This document shows positions 6,832 to 12,131 of a stretch of 12,131 nt of DNA, piece by piece (positions within the stretch are counted from its first letter, which is position 1; every line of letters begins with the position of its first letter). The notes under the pieces were generated by a model. That model saw only the letters and a program-made list of their open reading frames with translations. It searched no databases and had not been told where the DNA came from. Both the position numbers and the translations under genes were made by a program. The stretch is from PVC group bacterium (lineage in GTDB: Bacteria; Auribacterota; Erginobacteria; Erginobacterales; Erginobacteraceae): the NCBI GenBank assembly GCA_043804695.1, contig JAZDIV010000112.1, forward strand, positions 1-12,131, in the 5' to 3' direction.

Positions 6832-8466
6832 TTATTTAAACTTATAAAGTATGGTCTTCCTTCCCTGATAGTCAATCTCATGCACCTTCTCCAATTCCGG
6901 CGGAGGCTCTTTTTCTTGCAGCAGAAACGCCAGCTTGGGCCGGGCCCAGGGGATGGTCCACTCGTCAATGACCAGATATTTTCCTCCGGAACGGCGGGCG
7001 TGTTCAAGCATTTCATCATAGCTCCCCGGATAGGGAAGAGCGTGAGGCGAACCCATGTAGAAAGGAACCCCCATCTTCCGGCTGACAATCACCTCATCAG
7101 AGACGCCGGGCAGGTTCTCCGCCATCCATTCTCCGAGTATCTTGTATTCATAAGGGACCGTTTCTATCTTCCGGGGTATCAGGTAAAGGGTCGATAACAG
7201 CGATAGTGCTACCAGCACCCAGGCGGGCCCGGCAGCGAAAATCCACCGGACCACCGGCGAACCTCCCCTTGTCCCGGCTCGACCGGCCCACCGGACAATA
7301 AAAGCCGCCAGGAGAATAACCGCGAGCGGAAGATAGGGATAATAATAGCGCATATCGATGCCGGAGAGGGCCAGGTACGGGAGCACGGTGGCGAGGGCGA
7401 GGAGAAAGAAGGTGTCCCGGAACCGCCACTGTCTCCTGATGATCTTCCTGATCTGCGCCAGGAGGAACGCCAGCAGGGCGGCGGCCACCACGCCATCGAC
7501 CAGAAGACGGGGGAGGCCCAGTGTCCGGACCTGGGAGCTGTTCCCCAGGTCGATGAATGAAAAAAGATTGTAAAATAACCTCCGGAGGATCTCTCCCCGG
7601 TGTTCCCGGAAAAAGCCCCCGATGCCACCCCCTTCAATCCAATCCTGCAGAGCCTGGTCCCGGTAGGTATACAGATAAAAATTCTCCTTCTCCCAGCCCT
7701 CCCCGAAGTACCCCAGAAAAGTGAAAGGTCCCCGTCCGTTCATGGCCCAGTAGCCCAGGTGACGGCGCAGAAAAATCCAGTACGGGAGGGAAATGACCGA
7801 GAAGCCGACTGCCATCCCCGCCCAGCCGGCAGCGATGCTCCCGGTTCCTCTTTTATCACGCCCGCTTCCGGCCAGGAAAGGCAGGACCGCGGCCAGGGGG
7901 AGGAGGAGCATCGCTTCCGGACGGGTAAGGTAGGCCAGGCTGATGCCCGCCCCCGCGGCCAGGCCGCTCCGGAAGCCCGGCTGGAGCGCGAAACGATAGA
8001 TCAGGAGGAGGCTGAAGATAAAGAGCGTCGTATAGAGGGAGACGACACGGATCTCGGTCGAGGTATAAATGAAGGGGGGCAGGACCGCGCTCAATAACGC
8101 CGCGTAGATCCCGATCCTCCCGTCGAAAAGAATCTTCCCCATCCAGAAGACCGGAAAGACCAGGAGCGCCCCGAAGACGACCGATACCAGCTGCCCCCCC
8201 AGTTCAAGATTGCCGGTCACCGCCCAGAACAACCCCACCAGCACAGGGAAGGCCGGCGAATGAATGGTCTCGGCCCGGCCCTGGAAGACAAGCCCGTTTC
8301 CGGAGAAGAGGTTCTTCCCGCTCACCGCCATCGACACCCCGTCGATCCCGCCGTCCGCTCCCACGAAGCGATAGCAGCTCAATGACCAGATCCGGAGACC
8401 GAGCACGAGCAGAAAGATCAAAAAGAGAAGCTGCCCTGTCTGTTTCTTGTTTATTTTCTTATCCAT
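6832..8466 (-). CDS. ArnT/PMT-type (GT-C fold) glycosyltransferase, tandem paralog of 5172..6818
   Basis: 544 aa multi-TM. IDGVSMAVSGKNL, HSPAFP, LAYLTRPE, DMRYYYP and GKYLVIDE. It shares PYEYK-x2-GEWM with its neighbour. Confidence 0.85.
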   Translation of the reverse strand: MDKKINKKQTGQLLFLIFLLVLGLRIWSLSCYRFVGADGGIDGVSMAVSGKNLFSGNGLVFQGRAETIHSPAFPVLVGLFWAVTGNLELGGQLVSVVFGALLVFPVFWMGKILFDGRIGIYAALLSAVLPPFIYTSTEIRVVSLYTTLFIFSLLLIYRFALQPGFRSGLAAGAGISLAYLTRPEAMLLLPLAAVLPFLAGSGRDKRGTGSIAAGWAGMAVGFSVISLPYWIFLRRHLGYWAMNGRGPFTFLGYFGEGWEKENFYLYTYRDQALQDWIEGGGIGGFFREHRGEILRRLFYNLFSFIDLGNSSQVRTLGLPRLLVDGVVAAALLAFLLAQIRKIIRRQWRFRDTFFLLALATVLPYLALSGIDMRYYYPYLPLAVILLAAFIVRWAGRAGTRGGSPVVRWIFAAGPAWVLVALSLLSTLYLIPRKIETVPYEYKILGEWMAENLPGVSDEVIVSRKMGVPFYMGSPHALPYPGSYDEMLEHARRSGGKYLVIDEWTIPWARPKLAFLLQEKEPPPELEKVHEIDYQGRKTILYKFK

Positions 8467-8484
8467 CAGGATCTCTGTTTATTA

Positions 8485-8505
8485 AATCTCAGAAATTTTG
8501 AGATT
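8485..8505. promoter_or_regulatory. 21-bp near-perfect palindrome AATCTCAGAAATTTTGAGATT upstream of the glycosyltransferase pair
   Basis: 10-bp arms with one mismatch around a central A, ending 18 nt before the 8466 start codon on the - strand. Confidence 0.45.
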
Positions 8506-8580
8506 ACTTAAAATTTTCGACAATTGCCACCATGCTGAATAAGAGCGCTTTCCCCTGCCGATGGTGACGAGCGGTTTTTT

Positions 8581-8612
8581 AACTTTAGGCACTTCAAACT
8601 TTAGGCACTTCA
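8581..8612. repeat. Perfect 2 x 16-bp tandem repeat AACTTTAGGCACTTCA spanning the stop codon of 8594..9241
   Basis: 8581-8596 equals 8597-8612. It has 8-nt sub-periodicity (ACTT every 8 nt) and is followed by a partial unit gaacttt. Confidence 0.9.
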
Positions 8613-9241
8613 GAACTTTGCCCGAGCGGAGCGAGGACTAGGGATATCATATGGTATCCGGGTTTACCCAGTATTCTGAGTTCATAGCGGGCGCTCTTTT
8701 CCTCTTCCAGACCGGCCGCGAGAAAGAGACGACGCCAGTCTTCAACCGGCCGGAAAAATTTCCCCCGGTCGAGGCGCTGCATGAGCCGGTGATACCATTC
8801 CCCCGGGGCGGGGGTGAGCGGTTCCTGTACGATGACGGTCCCGCCCGGTTCCAGCATCTCCACCAGGTTGCGGAGCACGTTGGCGGCTTTGCCGTCGGCG
8901 ATATGATGGAGCAGGGAGTTGATGAGAATGACATCAAACCGGTCCGGCAGCCCCACTGTTTCCGCGTCGCCGGCGAGGAAGCGCAGGTTCGAGTAACGCT
9001 TTCGGGCTACGGCGATATACCGGGGGCTGATGTCAACCCCGGTATAGTGCGCCCCCGGAAAGAGGGGGGCGTCGCAGCCCGGACCGCAACCCACCGAAAG
9101 CACCGCGGCCCCGGCGAAGTCGGCCCTGATCGTCCTGATTGCCCGGGCTTTTTCGCGGTTCACGAAAAAGGAGTGAAGGCGATAAACCCACGGATTCGAA
9201 AGAATACGGTCGATCAGTCTATCGAGCGATTTCATAAACAT
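8594..9241 (-). CDS. Class I SAM-dependent methyltransferase
   Basis: 215 aa with VLSVGCGPG, YTGVDIS, GDAE, FDVILINSLLHHI and LEPGGTVIVQEP. The start could instead be the ATG at 9235. Confidence 0.9.
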   Translation of the reverse strand: MFMKSLDRLIDRILSNPWVYRLHSFFVNREKARAIRTIRADFAGAAVLSVGCGPGCDAPLFPGAHYTGVDISPRYIAVARKRYSNLRFLAGDAETVGLPDRFDVILINSLLHHIADGKAANVLRNLVEMLEPGGTVIVQEPLTPAPGEWYHRLMQRLDRGKFFRPVEDWRRLFLAAGLEEEKSARYELRILGKPGYHMISLVLAPLGQSSEVPKV

Positions 9242-9277
9242 TCGGATTTAGTCATTTAACATTTGTCCCCCGCAGCC

Positions 9278-10630
9278 TCACATCTTAGCCGGATGCGTGT
9301 CTCCCTCCGCCTTCTCACCAACCGCGAGAATGGAAGAACCGAAGGGGAATCGCCACCGCCGGAGCCAGAGCCTCTCGGCCGAGAAGACCAGGCCCAGCAG
9401 GCGGTTGACGAAATCGGGGGGGATAGTGAATTCGAACCCCTCCCGCCGGAAGCCCAGGATCCGCTCCAGGGCCCGGGAGAGAAGGCGGACCAGGGCGACC
9501 GGAAGAAAGAGCAGGGTGCAGAAATAGGCGCTCCGGCGGGCAACGAAACCCGCCTCCTGGAGAAGACGGCGCAGCGGGCGGATCCGGTAGCGGCGCCGGT
9601 GCCGGTTGAGGTCGTCGTGATGGCTCCACAGCCACCGGTACGCCGGTACGGTCAAAAGAATCCTGCCCCCCGGTTTCAGCACCCGGCGATATTCGATCAG
9701 CGCACCGAGATCATCATCGATGTGCTCGATCACGTCGAGGGCAATAACCAGGTCAAACGATGAATCGGGGAAGGGAAGGCGATCCCCCTCCATCAGGCGG
9801 ACGTCACGGCAGCCGCGCTTGCGGGAGCAGCGGACCGCTTCGGGAGAGATGTCCACCCCCGTGGCCCCCCCCAGGATTTCCAGACGTTTCAGGGTGGCGC
9901 CGGTTCCGCAGCCGATGTCGAGAATGAGGGCGGCCGGCGGCAGACGCAGGCGGCGGGCAAGCTCGAAGACGATTTTTCGCCGCCCGACAAACCACCAGTG
10001 GCTGTCCTCGGTCCGGTCGAAATAAACGTGGAGGGGTTCCGCAGGTCGCCGGCCCAGTTCCTGTTTCGCCACCAGGAGCAGATGCGGGGGGAGCGGCTCC
10101 CGGTGCGCCGCCAGCGTCTCCAGGCCGAAACCGTGAAGCCGGAGCAGATCCTCCCACTCCCTCCGGCTCCGGAAGAAGAACCAGCCCGGGCCGCCGCCGG
10201 CCGTCCTCCCGGCCAGGGAGCGGAAGAGCCATTGCCAGAGCGGCAGGCGGTCAACCGCCTCCATGACGAGGAGGGCGTCCGGCCCCAGAACCCGGGCGCA
10301 GCAGCCGATCAACTCCTCCTGGAGGCCGGAGTGCAGCCGGGGGAGGCAGCCGCAGATGACCGCCGCGGCCCATTCTTCTCCCGCGGGCGGCGGATCCGGA
10401 GGGAAGGCGATCCACTCCACCCCCGGGGAGGGGGAAACTGCCCCGGCCCGGCGCCCCTCGCCGGGAACGCAGCAAGCGATCCGCCGGCCGGGCGAGCGCC
10501 CGGCCAGGCGGCCGGCCAGAAGCCCTGACTCCCCCCCCCCGAAGAGGAGGATTCGCCCTTCGCCGGGGAGGAGGGCGTCAATACTGTCAACGAGATCCCG
10601 GCGCAACGGGCCGGGGAAAATGCCTTTCAC
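9278..10630 (-). CDS. Two-domain protein: degenerate N-terminal methyltransferase-like domain plus intact C-terminal class I SAM methyltransferase
   Basis: 450 aa with a GTG start and GGGAGG 10 nt upstream. C-half: EDSHWWFVGRR, ILDIGCGTG, GVDIS, LPFPDSSFDLVIALDVIEH, LKPGGRILLTVPA, HRRRY. The N-half aligns by eye with 11270..11941 but lacks SAM-binding residues. Confidence 0.85.
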   Translation of the reverse strand: MKGIFPGPLRRDLVDSIDALLPGEGRILLFGGGESGLLAGRLAGRSPGRRIACCVPGEGRRAGAVSPSPGVEWIAFPPDPPPAGEEWAAAVICGCLPRLHSGLQEELIGCCARVLGPDALLVMEAVDRLPLWQWLFRSLAGRTAGGGPGWFFFRSRREWEDLLRLHGFGLETLAAHREPLPPHLLLVAKQELGRRPAEPLHVYFDRTEDSHWWFVGRRKIVFELARRLRLPPAALILDIGCGTGATLKRLEILGGATGVDISPEAVRCSRKRGCRDVRLMEGDRLPFPDSSFDLVIALDVIEHIDDDLGALIEYRRVLKPGGRILLTVPAYRWLWSHHDDLNRHRRRYRIRPLRRLLQEAGFVARRSAYFCTLLFLPVALVRLLSRALERILGFRREGFEFTIPPDFVNRLLGLVFSAERLWLRRWRFPFGSSILAVGEKAEGDTHPAKM

Positions 10631-10634
10631 CTGT

Positions 10635-11273
10635 TCAGTTCCTCCCGCCGATCACGTAGAGGGAGAGTAGCAGGCCGGCGACCAGGACGGCCAGGGCCAC
10701 GCCGATCACGATCATCCGGGCATGAGCGTAAGCGGTAATGAGGCGTTCCTTGGCCCGCAGGCCGACCTCGATGTTCACCTTTTCCATGCTCTTTCCCACC
10801 AACTCCGCCATCTGGAAGAGATGGCGCCCGTCGGTGTCGCTCAGCTCCTGGGCCAGACGGTCGTTGTCCGCTTCCTCCGTGCTCCGGGAGAGAGCCAGCA
10901 CCCGGCGGTGGACGGCGAGGTACTCGTCCCACCGGCCCAGCAGGTGCTCGAACTGCTTCCGTTCCGCCTCGTCGTCCAGAGTCTGCTCGTGGCGGTCCCG
11001 GGCCGCCTCGAAGAGGGCGGCGGCGGCGATCCTCTGCTCCGCGGCCCGGTGCTCCTCCTCGGTGATGCCGATGATGTGGTTTTTCTCCCCCAGGCGGATT
11101 CGGTACATGGCCAGCTCGAGATCCTTGATGCTGGTCAGGCTGGGGAGCGTGTCGTCGGATATCTCCCGGGCGGACTTTTCCAGCCAGCCGATTTCGATGA
11201 AAATCACCAGGCAGACCGTCAGGGCGATGACCATCATCAGGCCTCCCCCGCCCAGCTGCAGGCCGACTTTCAT
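10635..11273 (-). CDS. Stand-alone MCP-type four-helix-bundle ligand-binding domain protein (TM-4HB-TM, no HAMP or signalling domain)
   Basis: 212 aa. MKVGLQLGGG plus TM1, then EISDDTLPSL ... RIRLGEKNHII ... DEAERKQFE ... WDEYLAVHRRVLALSR ... YAHAR plus TM2, matching the 4HB_MCP_1-type pattern. It stops 4 residues after TM2. ATGA overlap with the upstream gene. Confidence 0.8.
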   Translation of the reverse strand: MKVGLQLGGGGLMMVIALTVCLVIFIEIGWLEKSAREISDDTLPSLTSIKDLELAMYRIRLGEKNHIIGITEEEHRAAEQRIAAAALFEAARDRHEQTLDDEAERKQFEHLLGRWDEYLAVHRRVLALSRSTEEADNDRLAQELSDTDGRHLFQMAELVGKSMEKVNIEVGLRAKERLITAYAHARMIVIGVALAVLVAGLLLSLYVIGGRN

Positions 11274-11941
11274 GCCTCGCCTCCCTGGTCGTTCCGAGCC
11301 GGACGGGCGGGCTCCTTCCGGCAGACGAAGAGAGCGTCGGAGAGCGGGATCCCTTGATGGGCCGGGAAACTGGTGACGGAGAACCCGATCCCGGTCAGGA
11401 GTTGTATCCAGTTTGCGGGACGGCGGAAGTTCTGGCGCTGACCGAAGTTAAGGGTCCGGTCGATGATGAAGTGTGAGATCCATTTCCAGCGCGGCTCGTC
11501 GCCCACGTCCTCGATCAGGAGCAGTCCCCGGGGGGGAAGAATCCGATAACAATGCCGGAGCAGCCGTTCCTGCTGGGGATAGGTGAGGTGATGCAGGAAG
11601 TCGCTCATGATGATGCAGTCGAATGTGTCCTGCTTGATCTCGAGGCCGTCCTGGTCCCGGAAGGTGATGTTGATCCTCCCTTTGACCGACGACTGGGCGG
11701 CTTTGATCCTCACCTCCTGCTTGTCGATCCCCACCACCTGCCGATCATTCCCGGTCAGAGCGAGATAATTGGCCAGCATCCCCCGGCCGCAGCCGATATC
11801 GGCGATCCGCCCTTCCGGGGGAACGTGGGCGGCGATGATCATGAAAGGGCAGAGACGCCAGCGCATCCTGACATGCCACCGCTGCCAGAAGGGAAGATCG
11901 GAGTACAACCGATAAAGGTCTTTTGGGATAGGAGGTAACAT
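11270..11941 (-). CDS. Class I SAM-dependent methyltransferase
   Basis: 223 aa with IADIGCGRG, VVGIDK, FDCIIMSDFLHHL and LPPRGLLLIED. Confidence 0.9.
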   Translation of the reverse strand: MLPPIPKDLYRLYSDLPFWQRWHVRMRWRLCPFMIIAAHVPPEGRIADIGCGRGMLANYLALTGNDRQVVGIDKQEVRIKAAQSSVKGRINITFRDQDGLEIKQDTFDCIIMSDFLHHLTYPQQERLLRHCYRILPPRGLLLIEDVGDEPRWKWISHFIIDRTLNFGQRQNFRRPANWIQLLTGIGFSVTSFPAHQGIPLSDALFVCRKEPARPARNDQGGEA

Positions 11942-11976
11942 TCTTAAATCAATATCTGCTCTTGACAGAAAAGTAG

Positions 11977-12111
11977 ATCAGGTTATCAGGATATCAGTGG
12001 GCAGAGTATCAGGAAATCAGATGATCAGATTGACCTCGCTGGTTTCCCTGAAAAAGTGTATCAGTTTATCAGGATATCAGTGGGCAGAATACCAGGATAT
12101 CAGGTTATCAG
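11977..12111. repeat. Two 52-bp direct repeats (11977-12028 and 12060-12111, period 83) composed of ~8-nt ATCAG-containing units
   Basis: 46/52 identical by manual alignment, with an identical 23-bp core TTATCAGGATATCAGTGGGCAGA. Each copy is preceded by AAAAGT at the same offset. Confidence 0.9.
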
Positions 12112-12131
12112 CTGAGGCCGGTTCCCCTACC

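Noticed and set aside
8557..8580. GCCG...CGGT followed by a T run as an intrinsic terminator
   Set aside because: The stem is short and poorly paired, and the T run is on the + strand while the flanking genes are on the - strand.
791..9872. Other 7-8-nt homopolymers (C8 791, T8 2743, G8 3013, C8 9865 and several G7/C7)
   Set aside because: Too frequent in this GC-rich sequence to single out. They set the background for the 9-10-nt tracts reported.
10722..11376. Two ~212-aa + strand ORFs opposite the four-helix-bundle gene
   Set aside because: The - strand ORF has a coherent TM-4HB-TM architecture and operon coupling, while these have no motifs.
8594..11941. Methyltransferases as DNA methylases (restriction-modification/defence) or CheR
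   Set aside because: No DPPY/NPPY or PC catalytic motifs, no nuclease nearby and no CheR-type features. The motifs fit small-molecule or sugar methyltransferases.
11962..11967. Perfect TTGACA -35 hexamer on the + strand
   Set aside because: No TAnnnT -10 at 16-18 bp spacing, and it points away from the adjacent operon.
11977..12111. Direct repeats with a spacer as a CRISPR array
   Set aside because: Only two imperfect copies, 52 bp long with internal octamer periodicity, and no cas genes in the window.

Overview
GC-rich bacterial DNA carrying two convergent gene blocks that look like a cell-envelope glycan modification locus. The + strand holds the 3' end of a gene with 40-aa FG-GAP/VCBS-like repeats (1-252), a multi-TM GT-C-like (YfhO/PTPS-related) protein and two coupled membrane-anchored SGNH-fold proteins. 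The - strand holds a probable operon: SAM methyltransferase, an orphan MCP-type four-helix-bundle sensor with no cytoplasmic output domain, a degenerate-plus-intact double methyltransferase, a third methyltransferase, then two tandem paralogous ArnT/PMT-type glycosyltransferases. The AT-rich intergenic regions are highly structured. An identical palindrome TCTTATTTTTTC-N3-GAAAAAATAAGA occurs at 399-425 and 2382-2408, a cluster of hairpins and 8/9-nt periodic arrays fills 2281-2591, a 16-bp tandem duplication spans a stop codon (8581-8612), and a 52-bp octamer-periodic direct repeat lies at 11977-12111. Poly-G tracts at codons 31-34 of two glycan-modifying genes are phase-variation candidates. 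No rRNA, tRNA, transposase or CRISPR array was recognised. All family calls come from motif recognition by eye, not database searches.
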